From positions 1-51,090 of IMG/VR virus record IMGVR_UViG_3300005326_000743: 51,090 bases of DNA; one strand, given 5' to 3'. A model generated the notes under the pieces. It did not search any database and was not told the DNA's origin. It saw only the letters and a list, made by a program, of their open reading frames with translations. Positions 35,370 through 44,215 of this stretch are shown in pieces (the stretch's first letter is position 1; each line of letters opens with the position of its first letter). The DNA comes from a virus. Lineage: Duplodnaviria > Caudoviricetes. A program made the translations under genes and the position numbers.

Positions 35370-36278
35370 TTAAACTTCCGACAACGCCCCAACAACCTCA
35401 TCGGCCATATTGGAGCCGACTTGATGGGCTTCGTCCGGGGTTTCAGGGGTTTCAGGGGTTTCGGTTTCTTCCTCGGCATCATCGTCCGCGGTTTCGCCGG
35501 ATTCGTTCTCGGGATCCGGTTTTTCGTCTGCCGGCGCCGGGGTCTGCTCTTCCAGCTTCTCCGGCTCTGCTTTCGGGTCGAAAAGCTGGGCCTGGTGCGG
35601 GCCCAAGTTCCGGAGTTTTTCCAGCAGGTCGGCGGCAGTTTCGAGATCGGCCTCGGTCTGCTCGCGCTCATCCTCTTTCTTTGCGATGGTGGAGTTCAGC
35701 TTGGTCAATTCTTCCGACAGGTCTGCCCGGTATTTCGTGAGGGCTTCTTTACAGCGGGAGAGGATGAAGTCGGAATCTACCAGCTGCTTTTTCAACCGCT
35801 CATTAATCCTCATCTGCTCGGCCAACTTCTCTTCCGTGCTGGCCTCCGGGTCGTCAACCACAGACTGGGATTCCTCGAAGGTCGGCTCAGGGGGCTTGGT
35901 GCCAAAATCATCATCTCTTGCGAGAGTGGGTTCCACCGGTTCGGCCATTTCCATTGGGCGGAATCCGGGGCAGGGATCGGTTCTTTCGTGGTTTATGGCG
36001 TGCTCATTCAGGCAGGTTTCCCCGCTTTCGGACAGTTCGCGCCAGTAGCAAGCGAAGCAGTCTTTCTGGATTTCTTCTGCGATTAATTCAGCGTCGCTTG
36101 CCGGGATTTCCCCAACTCCGGGGATTTTAATGGTTTCGGCTGGGGTTTTCTCCTCCCAGCAGTCCTGCCCGCTGGTTCCGGCGTAGGCTTTGGTTTTCTT
36201 CCCCGTTCCTCCGGGGCGGCAAGAGGCTCCCTTCCCTCTCTCCCATGTGTAGTGCTTGCAAGTTCCGCATTGGTTCAT
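35370..36278 (-). CDS. Acidic coiled-coil protein with Cys-rich N-terminal modules
   Basis: RBS AAGGAG; CxxC motifs; ETP repeats. Confidence 0.65.
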   Translation of the reverse strand: MNQCGTCKHYTWERGKGASCRPGGTGKKTKAYAGTSGQDCWEEKTPAETIKIPGVGEIPASDAELIAEEIQKDCFACYWRELSESGETCLNEHAINHERTDPCPGFRPMEMAEPVEPTLARDDDFGTKPPEPTFEESQSVVDDPEASTEEKLAEQMRINERLKKQLVDSDFILSRCKEALTKYRADLSEELTKLNSTIAKKEDEREQTEADLETAADLLEKLRNLGPHQAQLFDPKAEPEKLEEQTPAPADEKPDPENESGETADDDAEEETETPETPETPDEAHQVGSNMADEVVGALSEV

Positions 36279-36307
36279 ATTTTTACGCTCCTTCTGGTTT
36301 GATTTAT

Positions 36308-36346
36308 CCCAGGGGCAGAGGATGGACTAGAAACTCCGCCCCTGGG
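36308..36346 (-). other. Intergenic GC-rich hairpin
   Basis: Minus strand CCCAGGGGCGGAG...CTCTGCCCCTGGG, no clear U tract. Confidence 0.5.
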
Positions 36347-36358
36347 TGTCTGATGCTC

Positions 36359-36706
36359 TCAACGGGGACATCTGGCCCGCTGTGATTTCTTTTGATAGGT
36401 CTTAGCCAGCCGGTAGTTCTCCTTGGCCGATTCCCACAGCCCGGCTTGCTGTGCCATTCCCCCGGCTGTCCGGCAAACGCTGGCCAGGAATTCGTTGGAA
36501 ACTTTCTGCTTGCTGGCCACTTCCCAGGTCACGTCCTGATTGCTGATGAAGTATTTGACGGCGGGCCTTTCGACTGGTTGGGGCTTGGGTTTCGGCAGGC
36601 AGTATCCCTTGACGAAAAAGACCAGCAGGATGATTCCGGCCAGGGACATCATCCCCAAGATCCATTTCAGCCGGGAAAGCTCTTGCGGAGGGGTGAGCTT
36701 TTTCAT
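36359..36706 (-). CDS. Membrane-anchored hypothetical protein
   Basis: Start MKKLTP after AAGGAGGGG; one TM helix. Confidence 0.6.
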   Translation of the reverse strand: MKKLTPPQELSRLKWILGMMSLAGIILLVFFVKGYCLPKPKPQPVERPAVKYFISNQDVTWEVASKQKVSNEFLASVCRTAGGMAQQAGLWESAKENYRLAKTYQKKSQRARCPR

Positions 36707-36795
36707 AGCCCCTCCTTGAGAAAGTAGCTGAAATCCTCCCAGAATTCGGCGGCTGCCAGGGCCAGGACAAAGAGGATGATCTTCGTGATAATCAT
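36703..36795 (-). CDS. 30-aa hydrophobic peptide MIITKIILFVLALAAAEFWEDFSYFLKEGL (not in ORF track)
   Basis: ATGA overlaps at both ends. Confidence 0.45.
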   Translation of the reverse strand: MIITKIILFVLALAAAEFWEDFSYFLKEGL

Positions 36796-39700
36796 GTTCC
36801 AATCACCTCCGCTTTGGTTGCCCCGTTGACTTTTGAGAGGTCAATCCGGCAGGGGAAGTCAAGGATCAGTTCGTCTGAATGGCTAACCACAAACACCTGG
36901 TTAAACCGATTTTTCAGGCTGGCCAGGATTTGCAAAAGCCGTTGGGCGTTCTCGCGATCCAGGGAATCAAAAGCCTCGTCCATGAAGAAAACTTCCAGCT
37001 TGTTGCCGGTACGCTGGGCTTGGAAAAGTCCAAGGGCCAGGCGAATGATCGTCCGTAGGAGTTTCTGCTCCCCTCCGGAGAACCGGCTGATGTCCCGGGT
37101 TCCTTTTTCGTCACCAACCAGGATGTCGAGCGTTTCCTTGATGGTCCCGCCCTTGTTCACCCGCTGGGTGTCGAAACTGATGGTAAAGCGGCCGTCCAGA
37201 TTTTCAAGCAGTTGGTCGAGGATCGTCTGAATCTGGGGCCGGATATTGTCGATGATGATCTGGGGGATCCCTGTTCTCCCGAAAGCCTGGGCGAGGGCGG
37301 CAAAGATTTCCCATTCAGTCCGCGCCTTGTCGAGTTCAGCTTCCAGCCGGGTCAGCTCTTCTCGCTTGCGTTTGATCTCAGCCAGTTCTTTTTCCAGGTA
37401 GCCGATCTGATATTCACAGGCGCCGGCTTCGGTTCTCTGTTGCTCGATTTGCTGGCGAACCTCTTCCCGCTGCTCCCGGAGTTTCTCATCCCCGTTATCC
37501 CCGGCGCTGAGGGCTAATTTTTCATCGAACCGGTTTTGCAACATGGCCAGAGTTTTTTCCTTGGCTTCGATGGTGACAGCGAGGGCATCCCTGGAGATTT
37601 CCAGCCCTGATATTTGCTCCCTGACAATGTCCAACTGGGCCAGGAACCCTTCGGCTTTTCCTAATTGTTCAATTCTGGCCCTTACCGGGGCGATGTCGCC
37701 CGGGGCCTCGGGAATTTGGATTTGATTAAGCAGGGTGTTTATGGTGGCAATTCGCTGCAGAATGGCTTTCGCGAACCCCTTCTCTAATAGCTCGATTTGC
37801 AGGTCTTCCATTCGCTGGTTGATTCTAGGCTGTTGCACCTGGGCTTCTTTTGCGTCCACCAGGAAGGGGCAGTCCATAGTGCCCTTACATCCGGCACGAT
37901 CCAGAAGCTCGGTCTTGTGACTGAGGTTTTTCGCCTGATCCTCCAGCCGTTTTAGCTCGGATTCCCGTTTCTGCTCCTCCATCCGGATTTGATTTTCCAA
38001 ACTCTGCTTTTCAGATTTCAGCCGGGAAACTGCTTCTTCCGCCTGGGCTTTTTCCAGCGCGGCATTTTGCAGGGTTTCCAGTTGGGATTTTAATCCGGTC
38101 AATTCCTCTACCGCCGCTCTGGCAGCCGGTTCCCGTTTGAGGGTTTCCTCATGTTTGGCCAGGGTTTCGTTGATCTGGGACAATTGCCGCTGGTCGGAAT
38201 TCAGGTCTTTCTCGGCCTCTGCTACCCGCTCGCCCAGCTCTCCGATTTCCCGGTCCCGAGCGTCGAAGGTAGCTAGTTGCTCGCCAAGGATTTGATCCTG
38301 TTTTTCCAAGCTGGTGATAATCGCCTGGACCTTCTCGCGATGGGGGTATTGGAATTCAACCTGGGCCTGAACCTCGGAGCTGTTTAATTCTTCTTTCTGC
38401 AGCTCTTCAATCCGGCGCAGGTTGGCATCGTTGGCCCCTTTCAGCTCCTTCGTCCGATCCTTCGCCGCCTGGCTGATGTCCTCAAATTTCTCCAACCCCA
38501 TCCATTTAGCGAAAAGCTCCTGCCGATCTTGGGGGTTGAGGACGGTTAGGTCACCCTCTCCGAACTGGCTGGCGAATACTGAGGCATAAACCAGGTGTTT
38601 GCTGCCGACTAAATTTAGGATTTCCCGGTCAAAGTCGGTAACCTTGGGACCGGCGATGGTCTCTTCCTTGTCGCCAATAAGCTCAAACAAATAGGCTTCT
38701 TGCTTCTGGGTTTTTTCGGTGATCCTGATTTGCCGAAGGGCGCGGAAGGTCCGGCCTTGGCTGTCGAATATCAGCTCAAGCTTTCCCTCGGTGGCCTTGC
38801 CCTGGGTAAGGTGGTCGTAAATCGATCCCGGGCGGCTGGGGAAATCGCCGAAAAGCGCGGCCAGCACCGTTTCCAGAAGGAAGGTTTTTCCGCAACCGTT
38901 AGGCCCGGAAACCGCGATCATTTCAGCACCGTTGAGAACAATTTCAGTCCCCAGATGCGGGCCAAGACCGCTGATGGTAATCCGGCGGATCCGTTGCAAG
39001 CTCCCAACCTGTGAGGAGGATTCCCCGGCTGGAAGGCCAACCAGAAGACCATCCAGCGCGGGTATCAAATCCTCCATACCCAGAGAGGGGGAATTTAAAG
39101 CCGCCCACTTTGCGAGCAGCTCTTTTGGTGATTCATCAGCCGAAGCCTCGCAGCGCAATTGAATCTGCTGGCGTTCGGCTTGCTTTTGAAAAACATGGCC
39201 AGCCGGGAGGTTGCTCTCGGCGAACAGGTCTTGGGTGGAGAGGTTCTCCCCGCGGATTGAAACATAATCACCCGTGGGATAATCTTCCGCCCGGTATTCC
39301 TCGGCTTTGACTACGTGATATTTGGGGGCCCCGGGTTCGATCCATTCTTCCCCGACCAGCTTCCCGTCCACCACCTCAATCAGTTTAATTCCGGTGGGGT
39401 TATCAGCCTCTCCGAAGCTCAGTTGCCAGGGAGAACCAAGATAATACCCTTGCCGTTTGTGGATATGACCTAGGGCGATCATGTCAGCCCCAACTGACTC
39501 AAGCTGAGAGGAGGTAAATTCGAAGGATCCCCCGGGGATAAAATACCCCTGGGGAGTCTGCGATCCATTCACCTCGCAATGTCCGAGTAAGATTTTATAT
39601 AAGGTAGGGTACTTGGCCAATTCTGCTGACAGGTAGGATAAAACCCCATGAATCTTCCCGGCGAAGAGCGTGTCTTGCTCTTCCCGGGTGAGCTTTTTGC

Positions 39701-40121
39701 AGTCTTCCATGGCCATCATCCGGGCCTTGTTTACCCAAGGAAGGAAGGCAACAGCAACTTCTCCGAAAACCCGAACCATCGGGCGAGTAACCGGGGTGAT
39801 TCTGGGCGAGAGATTAAGCGGATTTAACGCTCCCTCTTGCCCGGGGCCTGCCTGGTCGTGATTGCCCTCGGCAATAGCTACTTCAATCCCGGTGTGATCA
39901 AAAATCCCGGTGTGATCCAAGGGTTTTGCGAAACTTTGGAATACCGTTCCCGTCGATCCTTCCCGGGTGCCGATATTCGAGTTATCAAAAATGTCCCCGG
40001 CCAGTAGTAGCAGCTCAGTATTTTTCTCCACCATTTTGTTGACCGCCCATTTCCAGGCTGAGGAGATGTCGCCCAACTTTTTTCCGCTATTGTGCAGGTC
40101 TCCGCTTAAAGCAATGATCAT
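36792..40121 (-). CDS. SbcD (Mre11 nuclease)-SbcC (Rad50 ATPase) fusion
   Basis: GDLH, AGDIFD, GNHD, ALGHIH, YLGSP..SFGE; then GPNGCGKT, coiled coil, FSGGE, FMDEAFDSLD, VSH. Confidence 0.92.
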   Translation of the reverse strand: MIIALSGDLHNSGKKLGDISSAWKWAVNKMVEKNTELLLLAGDIFDNSNIGTREGSTGTVFQSFAKPLDHTGIFDHTGIEVAIAEGNHDQAGPGQEGALNPLNLSPRITPVTRPMVRVFGEVAVAFLPWVNKARMMAMEDCKKLTREEQDTLFAGKIHGVLSYLSAELAKYPTLYKILLGHCEVNGSQTPQGYFIPGGSFEFTSSQLESVGADMIALGHIHKRQGYYLGSPWQLSFGEADNPTGIKLIEVVDGKLVGEEWIEPGAPKYHVVKAEEYRAEDYPTGDYVSIRGENLSTQDLFAESNLPAGHVFQKQAERQQIQLRCEASADESPKELLAKWAALNSPSLGMEDLIPALDGLLVGLPAGESSSQVGSLQRIRRITISGLGPHLGTEIVLNGAEMIAVSGPNGCGKTFLLETVLAALFGDFPSRPGSIYDHLTQGKATEGKLELIFDSQGRTFRALRQIRITEKTQKQEAYLFELIGDKEETIAGPKVTDFDREILNLVGSKHLVYASVFASQFGEGDLTVLNPQDRQELFAKWMGLEKFEDISQAAKDRTKELKGANDANLRRIEELQKEELNSSEVQAQVEFQYPHREKVQAIITSLEKQDQILGEQLATFDARDREIGELGERVAEAEKDLNSDQRQLSQINETLAKHEETLKREPAARAAVEELTGLKSQLETLQNAALEKAQAEEAVSRLKSEKQSLENQIRMEEQKRESELKRLEDQAKNLSHKTELLDRAGCKGTMDCPFLVDAKEAQVQQPRINQRMEDLQIELLEKGFAKAILQRIATINTLLNQIQIPEAPGDIAPVRARIEQLGKAEGFLAQLDIVREQISGLEISRDALAVTIEAKEKTLAMLQNRFDEKLALSAGDNGDEKLREQREEVRQQIEQQRTEAGACEYQIGYLEKELAEIKRKREELTRLEAELDKARTEWEIFAALAQAFGRTGIPQIIIDNIRPQIQTILDQLLENLDGRFTISFDTQRVNKGGTIKETLDILVGDEKGTRDISRFSGGEQKLLRTIIRLALGLFQAQRTGNKLEVFFMDEAFDSLDRENAQRLLQILASLKNRFNQVFVVSHSDELILDFPCRIDLSKVNGATKAEVIGT

Positions 40122-41173
40122 GCCGGATCACCGCCCTTTGCAGCTTCTCTGGTATTCATGCACTTGTAGCAAAGGCAACAGTTGAACTTTTTCGTGCTGA
40201 TTTCGAGGATTCTCTGAGGCACAGATTCGCCACAATCGGAGCAAACTGAAGAACCGTCAGCAGAAGCGGCCGGGGGGGGAGTTGAAGGAGTTTCGGTCTT
40301 GGGTGTGGCCTTGGGTGCCGGTTTGAATTTCTCGGGTTCCCCGTTGTCTTCGGGTTCTTTAATTACCTTTTCGTTTTGATCGTCTGTAGCATCCTTCCCA
40401 TAAACATCATTGACCACTTGTTCGGCGTGCATCTGCCCGAGCTTAGGCTGAATGCTGTAAAGGGAAATGCAAAGATTTTCCTTCCATTTTCCATCTTTAT
40501 CCTTAGTCTTGACCGGTACTCCCTTGAACCCCAATGCTCTCTTAGTCAGGGTACGCCGGGCTACGGTCTGAGCTTTCTGCAATTTGTTTTTCAACAGGGT
40601 GATGAATTCGGTGTATTTCTCAGCCTCAACCTCAGGCGGTAATTTACGCTTAATCCCTATCGGGACCATCCTCTCGTCATAGACCACTTCATCAAGCAAG
40701 TATCCGGAAGCTTGTAATTTTTTCAAAGCGTCTTGGTCAACTTGCTTGGATTGATAGGTGGTGCCGTCGCTCTTTGTCTTGGTTACCCATTTGACGGGCG
40801 GCTCCCATTTTAACCGGCTCTCTTGAAAAAGCAGATCAACATCGATTCTAACTCTTACCCGGTCGGTGATCGGCTGGCCGCTGCGGTTGTAATATCCTGC
40901 TGATAATTCAATGGCAGCTACACTTTCAGTCTCTTCGACCACCGTCAGGTTGCCAAAGCTGATCCCCATTTCCCGGGCCAGTAAATCGTAAACTTCTGAA
41001 AGTACGTCGGCCTTATCTCCAATCGCATATACAGTATGCACAGGGGGCCTAAAAGTCAGCTCGACTAATTCATGCTCCCCCTTTTTATCGAAAAGCTGGA
41101 TGGAGCTCCTTTCTATGGTTTGAATGATCCGGTCTTTGTCGTTCATGGGCACTAATGCCTGATTGCTATTCAT
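40118..41173 (-). CDS. Putative single-strand annealing recombinase with C-terminal Zn finger
   Basis: KAQTVARR..KRALG Rad52/Sak-like helix, flexible linker, CSDC..LCYKC tail; next to the exonuclease. Confidence 0.5.
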   Translation of the reverse strand: MNSNQALVPMNDKDRIIQTIERSSIQLFDKKGEHELVELTFRPPVHTVYAIGDKADVLSEVYDLLAREMGISFGNLTVVEETESVAAIELSAGYYNRSGQPITDRVRVRIDVDLLFQESRLKWEPPVKWVTKTKSDGTTYQSKQVDQDALKKLQASGYLLDEVVYDERMVPIGIKRKLPPEVEAEKYTEFITLLKNKLQKAQTVARRTLTKRALGFKGVPVKTKDKDGKWKENLCISLYSIQPKLGQMHAEQVVNDVYGKDATDDQNEKVIKEPEDNGEPEKFKPAPKATPKTETPSTPPPAASADGSSVCSDCGESVPQRILEISTKKFNCCLCYKCMNTREAAKGGDPA

Positions 41174-41188
41174 TTATTTTCCCTCCTC

Positions 41189-41217
41189 TGGATTATTTTG
41201 CGGGAGCGTGTTATAAT
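41189..41217 (+). promoter_or_regulatory. Antisense extended -10 promoter in the early operon
   Basis: TGGATT-17-TATAAT with TG at 41209. Confidence 0.45.
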
Positions 41218-41447
41218 CAATTCGCACGTACTGAAGGCCCCATGCTCCCGAGCTGGGGCACTTCGTTTTTCTGGGCTAAAAATGGTCTCTCGTCAATGTC
41301 CTCTTCCACCTCCTCCACATCTGGGTTAATCCCGAACAGCGGGGCCAGGAATCTGCGAACAAAGAAATCGTTTCCCCGTTCCCGTCTGGCCTTGGCTTCC
41401 TCGGGGGTATCTCGGATTAGGGGCGGCAACGGCTTTACGGGGCGCAT
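41217..41447 (-). CDS. Hypothetical protein
   Basis: Abuts the upstream stop; in operon. Confidence 0.45.
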   Translation of the reverse strand: MRPVKPLPPLIRDTPEEAKARRERGNDFFVRRFLAPLFGINPDVEEVEEDIDERPFLAQKNEVPQLGSMGPSVRAN

Positions 41448-41771
41448 CTATTCGTCTCCCATTCCCATATTGATGTTGATATTGATAATTTTTTTTCCGG
41501 CTTCCAAGGTTTGGTTCGCCCCACAAACATTGTTTATTCCAGCTTGCTGTAACTCTTTAAGTCGATCTAGGGCGGCATCGTTAAGCCGGTCAATCTCGAT
41601 CTCCCGCATAGTATCCCGGTATCTACGATCCCTGATTTCATCGCACTCGGAATTGGTTTTGGCTAGGAAATCTCTAAGTTTTTGGGCATCCATGATTTTA
41701 GCGATAGCCTCAATATTGAGTTCTATTGCCTCATCCACCGCCGGGGTTCTGCTTGGTCTGCCTCCTGCCAT
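41448..41771 (-). CDS. Hypothetical regulatory protein (CII position)
   Basis: RBS GGGAGG; directly downstream of cro. Confidence 0.55.
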   Translation of the reverse strand: MAGGRPSRTPAVDEAIELNIEAIAKIMDAQKLRDFLAKTNSECDEIRDRRYRDTMREIEIDRLNDAALDRLKELQQAGINNVCGANQTLEAGKKIINININMGMGDE

Positions 41772-41802
41772 TTGTCCACACCTCCCAAATTTTTGTTGAG
41801 TT

Positions 41803-41831
41803 TTTCCAAAACCGAAATTTCGTGTTACGAT
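41803..41831 (+). promoter_or_regulatory. Antisense promoter at the cro 3' end (PRE-like position)
   Basis: TTTCCA-17-TACGAT with extended TG. Confidence 0.4.
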
Positions 41832-42047
41832 TTAGGTATGAGAAGCACGCTTTCCGGTAAGCAATTCGTCCACGCTCACATTGAGCATGGCTGCCCATTC
41901 AACCAGGTATTGAGGGTTGATCCGCTCAACGTTGCCGTTCTCAATTTCGGAATAGTTTTGCTTGGTGATCCCCACCTTATCGGCCAGGTCTTGTTGCCGA
42001 AAATCGTTCACCTCGCGGTAATATCGCAAATGTATCTTTTTGCTCAC
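41832..42047 (-). CDS. Cro-like XRE HTH regulator
   Basis: LRYYRE..QQDLADKVGITKQNYSEIENG..LNVSVDELL; GTG start after GGAGGTG. Confidence 0.88.
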   Translation of the reverse strand: MSKKIHLRYYREVNDFRQQDLADKVGITKQNYSEIENGNVERINPQYLVEWAAMLNVSVDELLTGKRASHT

Positions 42048-42128
42048 GCCACACCTCCAGAAGGAATAAAATTCCCCCTCGGAGAAAATGAGAGAAGCAT
42101 AACCACAAATTCTACCGAGGGGGTTTTT

Positions 42129-42365
42129 GTGCCTAAAAAGTCCAGTAAAACCGAACAGAAACACCTATTTAAATATGATTTGGAGAATCTTAATATTCGG
42201 TCGGATTGTCTGGTCGACTCGGAGGATAAGAGTAAACAATCCGCTTTTGAAATCGCCAAGGAATTAACTAAAATTTGGCTGGCGAATCCGAGCAATCCAG
42301 TAAAGGAGGCGAGCGATCTAACCACTTTTTTTAGAACCATTTACACTCATCTCCTTTCCAACTAG
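42129..42365 (+). CDS. 78-aa hypothetical protein between cro and cI
   Basis: GTG after GAGGGGG; helical C-terminus AFEIAKELT..FFRTIYTHL; followed by a hairpin. Confidence 0.55.
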   Translation: MPKKSSKTEQKHLFKYDLENLNIRSDCLVDSEDKSKQSAFEIAKELTKIWLANPSNPVKEASDLTTFFRTIYTHLLSN

Positions 42366-42390
42366 TCGGCGTGGTGTTGACTAGTTTCTT
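42360..42390 (+). terminator. Hairpin/terminator after the 42129-42365 gene
   Basis: AACTAGTCGGCG-TGG-TGTTGACTAGTT then TCTT. Confidence 0.55.
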
Positions 42391-42443
42391 AAAATTTTTT
42401 CCGGCTGGGCCGGAGGGGTTTGGTGTTGTCTTAACTTGATTTT

Positions 42444-42472
42444 ACTTTAACATACTTTAAATTACTTGTCAA
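42444..42472 (-). promoter_or_regulatory. Lytic (PR-like) sigma70 promoter with phased ACTT boxes
   Basis: Minus strand TTGACA-17-TAAAGT with extended TG; ACTT at 42434, 42444, 42454 and 42464. Confidence 0.7.
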
Positions 42473-42487
42473 GGAGATTCAAGCATA

Positions 42488-43258
42488 TTGAAGCAAAAAA
42501 TATTACAAGCCATGCGCGAAGCCGGTTTAAGACAGTCTGATTTAGCAAAAAAAATTGGTGTTTCTCCTCAAGCTGTTTCATCCTATTTAAAGGGAGAATT
42601 TCTTCCGGGAGAAGGAACTTTACTGAAGATAGCTGAGTCAACAAATTATCCGGTGTCATGGTTTTATGGAGACGAAACTCTCGGAAAAGTCTCCGAACCC
42701 GCCCCCGCCCATGGCCAGCAGTCGGTCATTTCCGACCTGAAAATTCAGGAAGAACAAATCCGGGCGAAATATGCCATAAATCAGCCAATCTCCTTTGAGA
42801 TGGCCTTTAGCGGGGATCACCAAGTAAAGATTATGGCAATGGAACTCCCTGTCGGTGCGGGAGTGATATCTAATGACGATTTTCAATATACCGAAATTGA
42901 TGTTCCCTCCCGGGTATCCCAGGGTGCCAGTCACCTATTGACAGTTCGTGGTCATTCAATGGAGCCGGGAATTGAGGACGGGGACAATATCTGGATGTAT
43001 ATCAATAATCCCTATGCTTGGCCGGCAGAAGGCAAGCTCATTGTGGCCAACATCGTTGGCGATGGGATCCGCGTTAGCCATATTTTTTACCGGGAAGATG
43101 GCCGGGTCGGTCTGGGGCAAACCTGGGATAAGGCCACCTGGTATCAGCAAGATGAATTGCGGATCGTCGGAATTGTTACCCAGATTCACCACACCAGGGA
43201 AACCGTCGACAAAATGGCTCAGGCTGCGCTGGACAGTAAACCGGTGGTGGAAAAATGA
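42488..43258 (+). CDS. CI-like repressor, XRE HTH plus S24 domain
   Basis: QSDLAKKIGVSPQAVSSYLKG; PVGAG; VRGHSMEPGIEDGD; divergent from cro. Confidence 0.92.
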   Translation: MKQKILQAMREAGLRQSDLAKKIGVSPQAVSSYLKGEFLPGEGTLLKIAESTNYPVSWFYGDETLGKVSEPAPAHGQQSVISDLKIQEEQIRAKYAINQPISFEMAFSGDHQVKIMAMELPVGAGVISNDDFQYTEIDVPSRVSQGASHLLTVRGHSMEPGIEDGDNIWMYINNPYAWPAEGKLIVANIVGDGIRVSHIFYREDGRVGLGQTWDKATWYQQDELRIVGIVTQIHHTRETVDKMAQAALDSKPVVEK

Positions 43259-43272
43259 TTGAGGAGGGGCTT

Positions 43273-44151
43273 ATGAAACGAGAAATAATCGATAAGTTGC
43301 ATGGGCAATTTGAGGACTATATTAAAAACAAAGACGGAGTTGAGTTTTGGTTTGCGCGAGAAATTCAAGAATTGCTGGGATATAGCCAATGGAGAAATTT
43401 TGAACAAGTTATAAATAAGGCAAAAATCTCCTGTCAAAATGCCAACCAGCCAGTCGAAAACCATTTTGCTGACGTCAGCAATATGGTCGATATCGGCTCA
43501 GGGACAAAGCGCGAGATAAACGATATTGCTCTTACCCGTTATGCCTGCTACCTAATCGCTCAAAATGGAGATCCCCGAAAAAATGAAATAGCCTTCGCAC
43601 AAACATATTTTGCTGTTCAAACGCGCAAGCAGGAGATTATTGAAAAAAGGCTGTCGGAAGTAGAAAGAATCGGAGCAAGAAAAAAACTTACTGATTCTGA
43701 GAGAGAATTATCCGGTATTATTTATGAAAGGATTGAGGATGAAAGAGGTTTTGGGCGCATAAGGAGCCGTGGTGACCAAGCCCTTTTCGGGGGAAATACC
43801 ACCCAGGATATGAAAAATAGGCTTGGAATTCCGCATAATCGCCCATTGGCTGATTTTTTACCAACAATTACAATTAAGGCAAAAGATTTCGCGAATGAGA
43901 TCACCAGTTTTAATATTAAAAGAGACAACCTTGAGATGGAAGACCATATTACCCATGAACATGTCAAGAATAATGCTGATGTTCGCAGTGTCCTTACATC
44001 AAAAGGAATTTACCCAGAGAAACTACCCCCTGCGGAAGATTTAAAAAAAATCGAGAGACGTCTTGTCTCAGACGAAAAAAAACTTTCATTAGGAAAACCC
44101 GTTAAATCTAAGATAACGCGCGTGAGCAGAAGAAAAGAACAAAGCTCATAA
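43273..44151 (+). CDS. dinD: DNA damage-inducible protein D family (Bro-N-like N-terminus)
   Basis: EFWFARE..LGYSQWRNF, LTRYACYLIAQNGDPRK..IAFAQTYFAVQTRKQE, RPLADFLPTITIKAKDFA, PEKLPPAED. Confidence 0.9.
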   Translation: MKREIIDKLHGQFEDYIKNKDGVEFWFAREIQELLGYSQWRNFEQVINKAKISCQNANQPVENHFADVSNMVDIGSGTKREINDIALTRYACYLIAQNGDPRKNEIAFAQTYFAVQTRKQEIIEKRLSEVERIGARKKLTDSERELSGIIYERIEDERGFGRIRSRGDQALFGGNTTQDMKNRLGIPHNRPLADFLPTITIKAKDFANEITSFNIKRDNLEMEDHITHEHVKNNADVRSVLTSKGIYPEKLPPAEDLKKIERRLVSDEKKLSLGKPVKSKITRVSRRKEQSS

Positions 44152-44215
44152 AGGGAGGCCGTGATCTATCCGATGGAAAACAGGGTTTTTCTTTAGGAGG
44201 ATGGAAGTAGAAATA

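Noticed and set aside
41682-42365. 227-aa plus-strand ORF as one gene
   Set aside because: Its 5' part is antisense to cro; only the GTG-started 42129-42365 portion has an RBS and protein-like pattern
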